Made by a program: the position numbers and the translations under genes
The notes under the pieces: model-generated
Database searches by the model: none
What the model was told of the DNA's origin: nothing
What the model saw: the letters and a program-made list of their open reading frames with translations, nothing else
NCBI GenBank assembly: GCA_951406725.2
Contig: OX597843.1
Coordinates: forward strand, 8,990,001 to 9,054,000
Source: Octopus vulgaris
Taxonomy: Eukaryota
Direction: 5' to 3'
DNA length: 64,000 nt
Part shown: piece after piece, positions 1-17,531 of the stretch
Position numbering within the stretch: the stretch's first letter is position 1
How the letters are laid out: each line of letters opens with the position of its first letter

Positions 1-329
1 GCCACCACCACCGCCACCACCACAACCCGCTTCCTCCAACTTCCACCCTCGGTCTCTCTACTCATCACTCCTACGACCCCCCTTCCATTCTCTCTCTCTC
101 TCTCTCTCTCTCCTAATTCTTATTATACTCTTACCATCACTCTGTATTCAATTACTTTGCGGCTTTTCGTCGGTGACATTGCCTGTCTGTCTGTAGGTCT
201 GTCTGTAGGTCTGTCTGTCTGTAGGTCTGTCTGACTGCAGGTCTGTGTGTCTGTGTGTCTGTCTGTTCCCCGTTCCCGCTTTCGTCTTCTTCCGCTTCTC
301 TTGGTCGGTCATTCAGGTTGACATCTATC

Positions 330-373
330 GCCTTCTCTTATTTTTTCGTTATGAACGTGTGTGTGTATGTGTA

Positions 374-405
<32 letters not shown>

Positions 406-700
406 TGTGTATGTGTGTGTATGTGTGTGTCTGTGTGCGTGTCTGTGTATGTGTATTTATGTGTGTGTATGTGTGTATGTGTGTATGATGTATGTGTGCG
501 TGTCTGTGTATGTGTGTGTGTATGTGTATGTGTGTGTATGTGTGTGCGTGCCTGTGTATGTGTATATATGTATGTGTGTGTATGTGTGCGTGTCTGTGTA
601 TGTGTGTGTGTATGTGTTTGTATGTGTGTGTATGTGTGTGTATGTGTATGTGTGTACATGTGTATGTGTGTGTATGTGTGTGTATGTGTGTGTGTGTGCA
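330..700. repeat. (TG)n/(TATG)n compound microsatellite
   Basis: Directly visible TG/TATG runs. Confidence 0.9.
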
Positions 701-835
701 GATAAGTAACAGGCACGTTCTCATTTACACTCTCTTCGCCTAAACTGGAGTTGTGCGTACTTTACCGAACGGTGCTTCAAATTAAGTATCTAACTCAACT
801 GAATCTTAATTATATTCTATGTTTTATATATAAAA

Positions 836-1089
836 ATAAATGCGCCCTTTTAAAGCCTAGTCAGGCTCACAGGCCAGGTTTCCCGGTTTCAATGGCGTAT
901 GTGTTCCCCAGCTGGACGGGACGCCAGTCCATCGCAGCGTTACTCAGTTTTGCCAGATGAGTGTACTAGAGCAACGTGAAAGGAAGTGTTTTGCTCAAGA
1001 ACACAACGCGTCGCCCGGTCCAGGAATCGAAACCACAATCTTACGGTCATGATGCTGACACCATAACCACTAAGCTACGCGCATCCACT
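836..1089 (-). mobile_element. tRNA-derived SINE, family A
   Basis: Minus strand starts agtggatgcgcgTAGCTTAGTGG (A box) ... GTTTCGATTCC (B box); related copy at ~7490-7680. Confidence 0.75.
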
Positions 1090-1105
1090 TATATACATAT
1101 ATATA

Positions 1106-1510
1106 AGTGGCTGTGTGGTAAGTAGCTTGCTTACCAACCTCATGGTTCCGGGTTCAGTGCCACTGCGTGGCATCTGGGGCAAGTGTCTTCTGCTATAGCC
1201 TCGGGCCGACCAAAGCCTTGTGAGTGGATTTGGTAGACGGAAACTGAAAGAAGCCCGTCGTATATATGTATATATATATATATATATGTGTGTGTCTGCG
1301 TGTGTGTATATGTTTGTGTGTCTGTGTTTGTCCCCCTAGCATTGCTTGACAACCGATGCTGGTGTGCTTACGTCCCCGAAACTTAACGGTTCGGCAAAAG
1401 AGACCGATAGAATAAGTACTAGGCTTACAAAGAACAAGTCCTGGGGTCGATTTGCTCGACTAAAGGCGGTGCTCCAACATGGCCACAATCAAATGACTGA
1501 AACAAGTAAA

Positions 1511-1515
<5 letters not shown>
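1106..1515 (+). mobile_element. tRNA-derived SINE, family B (abundant, octopus-type, internal (TA)/(TG) tract)
   Basis: Head gtggctgtgtggtaagtagcttgc...gggttcagt; tail ctaaaggcggtgctcca..catggcc..aatgactgaaacaagtaaa; more than 10 copies or fragments in the window. Confidence 0.85.
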
Positions 1516-1545
<30 letters not shown>

Positions 1546-1837
1546 GTATACAATGAGAGAGAGAGAGAGAGAGAGAGTCAGAGAGAGAGACAACAAGCCA
1601 CACATGTACGCACATACTTACACACATAGAACTACGCACACACACGCACTCTAACGTGGATCTGCAGACATTTTTTTATCAAAATGAAAAACAAGAAATG
1701 CTAATTAAAATTAAAGTAAACAACTTCAAAAAAAAGACATAGATTAAAAGACACATACACACAACATAAAAGACACATAATCACGCTCATAGATCTCCTT
1801 TCACATATACACGCATACACACCGCCACACACACACG

Positions 1838-1994
1838 ATCTCAAAAGCACACAAAACGCACAGACATATCTCCATACACACATACACACTTCACAGCATC
1901 TCAAATACACACACACACACACACATACACACACGCACACAAAACGCACAGACATATCTCCATACACACATACACACTTCACAGCATCTCAAAT

Positions 1995-2029
<35 letters not shown>

Positions 2030-2248
2030 AAACGCACAGACATATCTCCATACACACATACACACTTCACAGCATCTCAAATACACACACACACACACAC
2101 ACACGCACACAAAACGCACAGACATATCTCCATACACACATACACACTTCACAGCATCTCAAATACACACACACACACATACACACACGCACACAAAACG
2201 CACAGACATATCTCCATACACACATACACACTTCACAGCATCTCAAAT

Positions 2249-2279
<31 letters not shown>

Positions 2280-2493
2280 AAACGCACAGACATATCTCCA
2301 TACACACATACACACTTCACAGCATCTCAAATACACACACACATACACATACACACACGCACACAAAACGCACAGACATATCTCCATACACACATACACA
2401 CTTCACAGCTCAAATACAAACACACACACACACACGCACACAAAACGCACAGACATATCTCCATACACACATACACACTTCACAGCATCTCAA

Positions 2494-2538
<45 letters not shown>

Positions 2539-2589
2539 AAACGCACAGACATATCTCCATACACACATACACACTTCACAGCATCTCAA

Positions 2590-2634
<45 letters not shown>

Positions 2635-2712
2635 AAACGCACAGACATATCTCCATACACACATACACACTTCACAGATTCTCAAATACACACACACACA
2701 CATACACACACG
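1838..2712. repeat. Minisatellite, ~10-11 units of ~82-96 bp with a variable (CA)n core
   Basis: Constant caaaacgcacagacatatctccatacacacatacacacttcacagcatctcaaatac repeated, separated by (CA)n of varying length. Confidence 0.9.
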
Positions 2713-3449
2713 TATCACATATCCCACAAGTACTCTTTCAATCCTTCAACTTATATCACCGAACCCCTCTCTTCCCTTCCCTAATTCTCCCTACTTTTGT
2801 TTTGTTTTGTTTTTTTTTTTGTTTTTTTTTTTATATTTAACTTTCCCCCCCCCCCAAACATTATTTACATAAGTTTCTTTGATTCATTCTTGTTAAAATT
2901 TTTTTCAAAAACGCCAAAAAATTCGCTGAAATAAAGCATAGAAAATAATACGTTAAACGAATGTTTACGTAGGTTTTTTTTCGCGCTGTTTCATTTAGCA
3001 TTTTTACGTTTTTCTCAAAAGTTTCATTTTTTACGTGTTTTTATTATTACATTTTTCTGTTTTATTAGGGAGTTTTTACAGGGTGCTTTTTTTTTTTTCA
3101 GGTTTTGCTTCTGCTGTGTGTCAACTTTTGTTGTTTTTTGTTTTTCGTATAGTGTTGTTGTATTTGTTGTTATTTTTATGGCGGAGTGGGTGGGGAGTAT
3201 TTTTGTTTTTGCTAAATATATTGTAGTTTCGCGTTGCTAATTGTCGTGTTGTTTTGAAGGGGTTTTTTGTTGTTTTTTTGCAAAAGAATAGGAAAATCTT
3301 AGAAGCCTTTTAATCATTGCCGATACAAACCCCACTCTTTTTTCTTTCTTTTTTTTTATTTATTTAGTCATACACCCACCCACACCCTACACACAACTCA
3401 CACACACTCACACACACTCACGCACATATACACGCTCACGTTCGCACAC

Positions 3450-3780
<331 letters not shown>

Positions 3781-3999
3781 CTCACATTATGTTGCTATAG
3801 CATTTCTTATTTCATTCGTTATCATCATCATCATCATCACCATCATCATCATTATTATTGTTTAATATGGCTTCTGATATTATAGTTGTTGTTGACGATA
3901 TTGTTGTTACTATTCATGACGTAACTTATTGTTGTTGTTGTTGTTATTGGCAATACTAATAATGGTAGGATTCGCAGGTGCAGCAGTAACTAAAACATC

Positions 4000-4228
4000 A
4001 ACAACAACAACAGTAGTAGTAGTGGTGGTGGTGGTGGTGGTGGTGGTAGTAGTAGTAGTAGTAGTGGTACTAGTTGTAATAGTGGTGCGGGTGGTTGTGG
4101 TAGTGGTTGTGGTGCTGGTGGTCGTCGTCGTGGTAGTAGTGTGGTGGTGGTGGTGGTGGTGGTGGTTGTAGTAGAGGTAGTACTAGTAGTAGTAGTGGTA
4201 CTAGTTGTAGTAGTGGTGGTAGTAGTAT

Positions 4229-4259
<31 letters not shown>

Positions 4260-4311
4260 GGTGGTAGTTGTAGTAGTGGTAGTACTAGTAGTAGTAGTGG
4301 TACTAGTAGTA

Positions 4312-4353
<42 letters not shown>

Positions 4354-4428
4354 CTTCATTCTACTATAGTCACAATGCATAAAGATGATAGTGATAATAA
4401 TGATGACGATGATGATGACGATGATGAC

Positions 4429-4460
<32 letters not shown>

Positions 4461-4461
4461 C

Positions 4462-4505
<44 letters not shown>

Positions 4506-4542
4506 CGATGATGACGATGATGATGATGATGACGATGATGAC

Positions 4543-4580
<38 letters not shown>

Positions 4581-4629
4581 CGATGATGATGATGACGATG
4601 ACGATGATGATGATGATGATGATGATGAC

Positions 4630-4670
<41 letters not shown>

Positions 4671-4728
4671 CGATGATGATGATGATGATGATGACGATGA
4701 TGATGATGATGATGATGATGACGATGAC

Positions 4729-4769
<41 letters not shown>

Positions 4770-4779
4770 CGATGATGAC

Positions 4780-4817
<38 letters not shown>

Positions 4818-4857
4818 CGATGATGACGATGATGATGATGATGATGATGATGATGAC

Positions 4858-4898
<41 letters not shown>

Positions 4899-5113
4899 CG
4901 ATGATGATGATGACGATGATGATGATGACGATGATGACGATGATGATGATGATGACGATGATGATGATGATGATGATGACGATGATGACGATGATGATGA
5001 TGATGACGATGATGATGATGATGATGATGACGATGATGACGATGATGATGACGATGATGATGACGATGATGACGATGATGATGATGATGATGATGATGAC
5101 GATGATGAGGATG

Positions 5114-5144
<31 letters not shown>

Positions 5145-5513
5145 CGATGATGACGATGATGATGACGATGATGACGATGATGATGACGATGATGACGATG
5201 ATGATGACGATGATGATGACGATGATGACGATGATGATGATGACGATGACGATGACGATGATGATGATGGTGATGATGATGATGATGATTTCATTAGCCA
5301 GAGGTCTGAGACGAGGAGGACAATAATGACTCTTTGTCATCAGAGGAAGAATAATAAACTATGAAATAATGAGAATAAGGATAAGAACAACAACAGCAAC
5401 AACAACAACAACATTCATAATGGCAACAACAACAACAATAATAACAATAATAACAATAATAAATGCGAAATTAAGATTGATAATCGTGGTTTCTTTCATT
5501 TGCCAAGGGGTCG

Positions 5514-5550
<37 letters not shown>

Positions 5551-5748
5551 TAGTAGTAGTGTTAGTTGTAGTTGTTGTAGTAGTAGTAGTAGTAGTAACA
5601 GTAGTTAGTAGTTGTAGTGGTGGTGTTGGTAGTGGAGGTTGTAGTAGTAGTAGTAGCAGTAGTGATGGTAGTAGTAGTAGTGTTAGTTGTAGTTTTTGTA
5701 GTGTTTGTAGTCGTAGTAGTAGTAGTGGCAGTGGTGGCAGTAGTAGTC

Positions 5749-5789
<41 letters not shown>

Positions 5790-5844
5790 TACTGTTGGAG
5801 TAGGAGTAGCGGTGGTTGTAGATCTAGTGATGGTGGTGATTGCT

Positions 5845-5875
<31 letters not shown>

Positions 5876-6338
5876 AACTTGTAGTAGAGTAGTAGTAGTA
5901 GTAGTAGTAAGAGGAGGCGGAGGAGTGAGGAGGAGGGAAGAGGACGACGACGGCGACGGCTGCGAGGAGTTGTAGTGGTTGTAGAAGAGGCGGCGGTGGT
6001 GGTGGTAGTGGCGGCGGCGGTGGTGGTGGTGGTGGTAGTGGCAGCGGCGGTGGTAGTGGCGGCGGTGGTGGTGGTAGTAGCGGCGGCGGTGGTGGTGGTG
6101 GTGGTGGTAGTGGCGGCGGCGGTGGTAGTGGCGGCGGTGGTGGTGGTAGTGGCGGCGGCGGTGGTGGTGGCGGCGGTGGCGGTGATGGTGGTGGTGGTGG
6201 TGGTGTTTGTTTTGCTCTCTGTTTACGGAGGAGTGTTGATAGTTTTGGTGAACAAGGGCCCCTATTATTAAATATCAAACAGCGAACGTAGGGAACACGA
6301 GAAAGAAAAAAGGGGCCAACACGAAGACGATAATAATA

Positions 6339-6369
<31 letters not shown>

Positions 6370-6810
6370 CAAGGGGCTGGTTGAAAGATGGAGAGGAAGG
6401 TTAGAGGAGAAGGGTGGGGGGTAATTAGGAGTGGATCAAGGAGGGTTCAGCAGAAGGGAGTAAGGGGGGTTTTATGTAAGAAGGAAAAAAAAAAAAAAAA
6501 GGGGAATTAGGGAGATGTTACTTAATGGCTGACACTGAAGAACAAATTGCCTGCAAGGGGATGATTATTGACGGTGGCGGCGGTGGTGGTGGTGGTGGTG
6601 GTGGTGGTGGTGGTGGTGGTAGGTAAGGTAGTGGTGACGCTTGTAATAGTAGTATAGACGCAGTGGTGATGGTAACGGTGGATATGGTGGACATGGTGGT
6701 GACGGTAGACGGTAGTAGTAGTAGTAGTAGTAGTAGTAGTAATGGTGGTGGTGGTGGTATTAGCAGTATTAGTAGTAGTAGTAGTAGTCGTCGTCGTCGT
6801 CGTCGTCGTC

Positions 6811-6854
<44 letters not shown>

Positions 6855-7075
6855 GGTAGTGGTGACGGTAGTTACTTGTAGCGTTAATGATGATGTCGAT
6901 GATGATGATGATGATGATGACGATGATGATGATGATGACGACTACGACGATGATGATGATGATGATGACGACACGACGACGACGACGACGATGATGATGA
7001 TGGTGATTATGATGAGGATGATGATAATGATCTTAATGATGATAATGAAGATGATGATGATGATGATGATGACAG
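4000..7075. repeat. Cluster of trinucleotide arrays (GTA/GTG, ~900 bp GAT/GAC at ~4395-5290, GGC/GGT)
   Basis: Directly visible; explains the poly-V/D/S/P ORFs. Confidence 0.95.
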
Positions 7076-7187
7076 TAACCCCAGCCAGATATATGGGCTG
7101 AGATGAAGCTATCCCTTAAAAGGTATGACAGAGGCGGCCATCATATGAATTGCCCGTCTACCGATTGATATTCCTGCTCCACAACTC

Positions 7188-7349
7188 CCTGCTCTGCCCT
7201 GCCCTGCTCTGCCCAGCTCTGCCCTGCTCTGCCCTGCTCTGCCCTGCCCTACCCTGCCCTGCTCTACCCTGTTCTGCCCTGTTCTGCTCTGCCCTGCCCT
7301 GCTCTGCCCTGCCCTGTTCTGCTCTGCCCTGCCCTGCCCTGTTCTGCCT
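7188..7349. repeat. Degenerate pentamer repeat (GCCCT/GCTCT/GTTCT)n
   Basis: Directly visible 5-bp periodicity with substitution variants. Confidence 0.9.
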
Positions 7350-7489
7350 GGTCGGCCGTGTCCTATGTTACATGACCCCTCTGATCAGGTTTCAGTCTTT
7401 AAATGTTTCGTTTCTTGCAGAAGAGACATCATTTTTTTAATCTACTGACAAGTCCCTTAAACCCTTCGGGGTGGTTGTGGCGCGGCTGT

Positions 7490-7680
7490 CCTGCAACGTA
7501 TCCAGGGCGATTAAGCCCGGTGGAGCCCGTCCTTCTCCAGGCTAAACTCATTTCTACGGCTGAGTGAACTGGAGCAACGTTAAATGAAATATTTTACTCA
7601 TCGTCCCAGTCCAGAGATCGAAACAACAATCTTACGCTCGTAGGTGCAACACCGTAACCACTAAGCCACGCGCCTCCACT
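7490..7680 (-). mobile_element. tRNA-derived SINE, family A, degraded copy
   Basis: gatcgaaacaacaatcttacg...aaccactaagccacgcgcctccact matches 1025-1089. Confidence 0.65.
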
Positions 7681-7794
7681 ATCCTTTGGTCGAGTGTTTC
7701 TCAATCCCTTTTTTGCCCATGGAGCCCTTTCATTTCTATCTTACTCTATTGGATCCTCATAACCATTCGAAGTTTAAACATAGTTTTATAATTA

Positions 7795-8500
7795 AACTAG
7801 CAGTATCGCCCGGCGTTGTTCGGGTTTGTAAGGGAAATAACTATATAAGCATTTTTAGAGAGTTATAGCAAAAAAATAGCAAAAAATGCATTAAAAATGG
7901 AAAAAAAATTATGGTAAATTTTTTTAATAATCGTAGACTCATCGTAGACATTTTTACAGAGTTACTTCCCTTATATAATAGCGAAAAAATACATTAAAAT
8001 GGGAAAAAATGATGGTAAATTTTTTTTAAATCGTTGACTCATCGTAGACATTTTTAGCGCCTAATACTTCCAGAAGGCTCATATGAATCACGAATATAAG
8101 ATACCCGCTTTTGGTTAAAATGGCAAAATGAATGATGGTAGGAATTTTTTTAAATCGTTGACTCATCGTAGACATTTTTATATAGTTACTTATTTGAATA
8201 TATTAGCGAAAAAATGCATTTAAAATATTTCGGTATTGCAAAAATTAACCGGTAATTTTTTTAGCAAAATAATCTTATAAGGACTCATCGTAGACGCGCG
8301 CTAATACCCGTTGAAGGGCCACTTTTGATTTGAAAATCACTTCTTCTACCAACACCCTCTGTGTTAGAAGCACCAGAGGAGCAAACGTGAACACAGGTAG
8401 GTAGGGTCAGTGTTTGCCAAGGACTGGTCTAAATTCGATAGACCTACCGCAATTCAGGCTCAAACACAGACCAACATCTCACTTTTATATATAACAGATA
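7795..8500 (+). mobile_element. Non-autonomous Helitron/Helentron-like (HINE/DINE-type) element with internal ~100-125 bp tandem units
   Basis: Starts aactagcagtatcgcccggcgttgttcggg (short hairpin) and ends cacttttatatataacagat; gactcatcgtagac recurs at ~7936, 8036, 8160 and 8282. Confidence 0.55.
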
Positions 8501-8565
8501 TTATTTGACGCCATTTTATTCAAACAATTATTTAAAATATTTCTGTGTATCCTTTCTGTAAAACA

Positions 8566-8830
8566 CTAGCGAAACAAATGGTAGTCTGAAGGAGCAAGGT
8601 CAGGAGAATAAGGTGGATGGGGAATTTTTCTCAACCAACCTCTTCGATCTTCTATGATGTGATCTTTGCAGTGTGGGGTCGCGCATTGTCCTGATGAAAC
8701 ATCACTCCTTTCCGATGCACTAAAGCAGGTTTTTATTTTCTTCAAAGTTTGGTTCAAACGTTCTAATTGCTGACAGTAAACTTGAGCATTGATTGTTGCA
8801 TTAGGTGGTAACACATTCAAAGTATAATTA
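8566..8830 (-). pseudogene. Mariner transposase catalytic-domain fragment (frameshifted)
   Basis: TINAQVYCQQLERLNQ...PHPPYSPDLAPSDYHLFR contains the diagnostic mariner YSPDLAP.D motif. Confidence 0.9.
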
Positions 8831-8951
8831 CTCTTTTGCAATCCCGCCAGATAGAGAAAAGAACATTTTTCCCATGAAGTTCCTATTGGTGTGTGTGTGA
8901 GCTTTTTCTCTTTTAACAAGCCACTGTTTACGACGTTTAACATATACATAT

Positions 8952-9025
<74 letters not shown>

Positions 9026-9149
9026 ATATATACTTTTACATCTTATAAGGCTATACAACGAAACCTTTCTGCTATTTTCAAGGCTATACTGTGTTCTAAA
9101 AACTACCTTGTCTGTATAATAATAACAACGAAGAAGAGGGCGGTGACGA

Positions 9150-12340
<3,191 letters not shown>

Positions 12341-12398
12341 GTTACGGCTGTTTTTGTTTTAATTTCTTCTAATTACTATCGCTGTCTTGTTCACTGTA

Positions 12399-12432
<34 letters not shown>

Positions 12433-12708
12433 ATTATTAATATTTGAGGGAATAAAATCCAAAACTTACAAGGAAAAAAAATTCAATTTAGAAATACTAA
12501 ATCAAATTTCACACAATATAATATATATATAAAAAATTAGAAAAAAACCCACCTTTTATCAATTCAAAATGAACAATTAAATTACACCATCCAGAAAAAA
12601 TACATATAATAGAAATATTAACATTAAAAATAACAATAAAAATGTCAAAGATTAAGTAAAATGCAAAATAATAATAATAATAATAACTAACCTATATAAA
12701 TTGTAGAA

Positions 12709-12797
12709 TAACGATGCATGTTTCGTGGCTATATTTAAGAAGTGGTAATAGTGGTAGAGAAATCACTTCGATATAAATATAGTCACTCATCAGGTTA
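12709..12797 (-). ncRNA. Minimal type I hammerhead-ribozyme-like motif (Penelope-type)
   Basis: Minus strand: taac CTGATGA gtgactatattta...taaatatagccac GAAA catgca TC gtta; core boxes, long stem II and 4-bp stem I are visible. Confidence 0.55.
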
Positions 12798-12864
12798 AAA
12801 ATAAACTAGAATAATAAAACAATGGTTAAAAATGCATGCGTCCTCAAATACCTTCCCCCTCTTT

Positions 12865-12896
<32 letters not shown>

Positions 12897-13097
12897 TGTG
12901 ACCTCGTGAGCACCGCCAGCAATTTTTTTTCCTCTGTCTTCCCTTCTCGGGATCTTTCCTACTCCTTTGTTTCCGACGAAGAGCTCCGTTATAAACGTTA
13001 AACCCTCCTTCTTTCCTTCTTTCCTGAGCGTCCAATAATACTTCATTTGTTCCACGTCCTCGCGTTGCTGTGTTTTTTTGTGTTTTCTTGTTTGGAT

Positions 13098-13138
<41 letters not shown>

Positions 13139-13144
13139 TTACTA

Positions 13145-13193
<49 letters not shown>

Positions 13194-13208
13194 GTGTGGG
13201 TGTGTATG

Positions 13209-13239
<31 letters not shown>

Positions 13240-13657
13240 ATTTATGGTCATTTTGCCAGTTTAGCCAGCAAGCAACCTTGCCTAAAGCTCAACACGCAGC
13301 TCACTGCCTATGACTAATTTCAAAATGGTGTAAGAACCATCTGCTTGTATGGCCCAACGTTTCATACAACGGGAAAAACATGCAAATATTAATTAGCATC
13401 CACTCGAGGGCTATAAAGAATATCAAACACACACACACAAGGTCTGTGTTTTGCGATTTAGCAAAGGGCAGGAATTTGGCAACAACGAGCCTTGAACTTT
13501 GAACTCAAAATGCAAACTGCAGGAATGACACAGCAAAGTATTGTATCAAACGCTCAAGTGATTCTGAAGATTTAACGATGTATTTCTAAAGAACTCAATC
13601 AACGTCATTAGATTATCATTCACACACAAACACACACATATATATAAATATATATGT

Positions 13658-13950
13658 AGGCGCAGGGGTGGCTGTGTGGTAAGTAGCTTGCTAACCAACC
13701 ACACGGTTCAGTCCCACTGTATGTGTGTGTGTGTGTGTGTTTGTGTGTCTGTGTTTGTCCCTCTAGCATTGCTTGCCAACCGATGCTGGTGTGTTTACGT
13801 CCTCGTCACTTAGCGGGTCGGCAAAAGAGACCGATAGAATAAGTACTGGCCTTACAAAGAATAAGTCCCGGGGTCGATTTGCTCGACTAAAGGCGGTGCT
13901 CCAGCATGGCCGCAGTCAATGACTGAAACAAGTAAAAGAGTAAAAGAGTA
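13658..13950 (+). mobile_element. SINE family B copy with internal deletion
   Basis: ggcgcaggggtggctgtgtggtaag head and family B tail; a further 3' fragment at 14240-14388 lies in a local duplication. Confidence 0.8.
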
Positions 13951-14627
13951 ATATATATATATACAGTATACGCGTAAGCGCTCCTTCTATCATTACATTC
14001 ATACACACACGTACATACACACATATATGTATGTGTGTATGCATGTATGTATGTATGTTTGTATGTGCGTTCATACATACACATGTATATATATATATAT
14101 ATATAGATATGCATATATATATATATACATACACACCCCCACACACACACACACACACACACACATATGTATACATGCACAAAGTCAGATACACAAAGAT
14201 AGCCATACACATGTATGTATGTGCTATCTTTGTGTATCTCACTTAGCGGTTCGGCAAAAGAGACCGATAGAATAAGTACTGGGCTTACAAAGAATAAATC
14301 CGGGTCGATTTGCTCGACTAAAAAAAAAGGCGGTGCTCCAGCATGGCCGCAGTCAAATGACTGAAACAAGTAAAAGAGTAAAAGAGTATATATATATATA
14401 CATTATACGTGTAAGCGCTCCTTCTATCATTACATTCATGCACATACGTACACACACATATATGTATGTGTGTATGTATGTTTGTTTGTATGAACGTTCA
14501 TACATACACATGTATGTATGGTTATCTTTGTGTATGTGACTGTGTGCATGTATATATTCGTTTATATATACGCATTCTTTCTCTTCTCAGCAGTAGCTTC
14601 TGTTGTTCTCTTTCCATCTGCAACTCC

Positions 14628-14697
<70 letters not shown>

Positions 14698-14743
14698 TAA
14701 TACATTCATATATGATACACACTCAAGTATAGGCATATATATA

Positions 14744-14805
<62 letters not shown>

Positions 14806-14806
14806 C

Positions 14807-14840
<34 letters not shown>

Positions 14841-15022
14841 TTGTTATTTATATATATATACACACACATATATATTTATATATATATATACATATGTACA
14901 TACTTATATACATATATAATATATACATTATATATACATAATATATATAATATACATATAACATATATATATTTATTATATATACATATATATATATATA
15001 CCATATATATATATATATAAGC

Positions 15023-15066
<44 letters not shown>

Positions 15067-15068
15067 CC

Positions 15069-15138
<70 letters not shown>

Positions 15139-15804
15139 CATAAATATATATATATAACCATATCCACCACTCCCTTTCACACCACATACACATATATATA
15201 CTCGCAGAAGTTCAATAAAAATTTGTTAAAACTCAAAAAGCCACATAACGACGTCTAAGTTAACCATATTGAATGATTAACAGTCGTTTTAAGAGAGGTT
15301 TGTTACAGAGATATTGTAATGGCGGAGCTTCCGGTATGTCTACTGACGGTTAATGGCGGGGAGAATGTGAGCTGATGTGTGAATGATTGCGTGAGAGGAT
15401 TTAGCTGTGTGGAGGCGACAAATGTTTCTGTCTGTGTATGTATGTATGCATATGTGTGGCTTGTGTGTGTGTGTAGTGCGTTTCTGTGGGGGCGTGTGCG
15501 TGTATCGTAGACAAGGAGAAAACCGTTTTTGTCTTGTACCAGCGAAGATGTGAGAAGCTTTAAAAATTCTACAATGGCGAATTTACAAGATGTTGGTGTT
15601 TTTGTGTGCGGTATTATTTCTCAGTATTAATATCGAGCTCAATCTTTCTATCTGTCCGAAAATCTCTCGGTATATACAGTCGCGCAAACACAAACACACA
15701 CACACACACACACACACACTAATATCCACGTAATACAGAATAAATATAGGTCTTTACGGTTATGTTGGTACAGAGACACTTGTGAATAGTGGTATGTAAA
15801 TGTT

Positions 15805-15904
<100 letters not shown>

Positions 15905-15981
15905 TATATACATATATATACATATATATATATGCATATATATATATATACATACACACCCACACACACACACACACACAT

Positions 15982-16036
<55 letters not shown>

Positions 16037-16063
16037 TAGATATATATATACATATATATATAT

Positions 16064-16281
16064 TTCTTTACTACCCACAAGGGGCTAAACACAGAGGAGA
16101 CAAACAAGGACAGACAAACGGATTATGTCGATTACATCGACCCCAGTGCGAAACTGGTACTTAATTTATCGACCCCGGAAGGATGAAAGGCAAAGTCGAC
16201 CTCGGCGGAATTTGAACTCGGAGCGTAACGGCAGACGAAATACGGCTACGCATTTCGCCCGGCGTGCTAACGTCTCTGCCA
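16064..16281 (-). mobile_element. tRNA-derived SINE, family C
   Basis: Reverse complement of the element at 18910-19139. Confidence 0.8.
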
Positions 16282-16318
16282 TATATATATATATGTATGT
16301 GTATATGTATATATATAT

Positions 16319-16449
<131 letters not shown>

Positions 16450-16608
16450 GTGGTGCCCCAGCATGGCCGCGGCCTTCGGGCTAACACATTTTTAACGATT
16501 TATATATATATATATATAAAAATATATATATAATATATATATATATGTATATATATAGATATATACAAGTGTGTGTATTTACATTTTAAATACACACACA
16601 CTGCACAG

Positions 16609-16645
<37 letters not shown>

Positions 16646-17457
16646 GTGTGTGTGTGTGCATATATATATACACACACACATTTATATGAACATATATTTA
16701 TCTTTGTGTGCTTATATGTACATAGCTGTATGTATATATATGCATATGTATACATATATGTATATATTTATACATGTATATATATGTATGTATGTGTGTT
16801 TAAATATATATATATATATATACACACATGCAAATATCTATATGTACATATACGTAAATAGTATATGCATACATACACACACATGCACACACTAACACAC
16901 AGACAGACACACACAGACAACGGCAGACAATTACGACCGACAATTGTCTCTAAACGCTAATATTATTGCGGCCATATTCCGTTATATAATATACTATACA
17001 CACTTGTCGAGTAATTCAGGTGTATGTACATCAATCTAGCTATATATGTACACAAAGATATACACACATAAACACGCACAAATATTCATATGTGTGTGTG
17101 TATTTTTACTAGATTTTTATATCATCTAAATTCGAGAATTATATACGACGTTAAAATAGTCGTGTGTATATATCTAGGTGTGTGTTTAAAATATAAATAC
17201 ACAAAAAATCTATACGTGCTTATATACATTTATATAAGTATATATGTAATAGATATGCATGCGTGTGCGTGTACACAGTTGTATATACAAACGTATACGT
17301 ATATACATGTGTGTGAGTGTATGTATGTTTATATATGTATTTACACGTATGTGTATAAAATAACTTTTATATATAAGTAAATATATATGAATATGTATGT
17401 ATATATGTAAATTCGTATATATATATATATATATATATATATAATCATATAAATTCG

Positions 17458-17531
<74 letters not shown>

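Noticed and set aside
1838-2712. CRISPR-like repeat-spacer array
   Set aside because: The spacers are only (CA)n, the context is eukaryotic and there are no cas genes.
4141-5364. Poly-Asp acidic biomineralisation-type protein (also 8891-10024)
   Set aside because: Open in several frames and on both strands, and embedded among other trinucleotide arrays. The GAT/GAC mix is synonymous in the Asp frame, but there is no supporting gene structure.
7188-7349. Source or relative of the (CCTGG)n array
   Set aside because: Different unit (GCCCT/GCTCT), short, rich in substitutions and on the other side of the gap.
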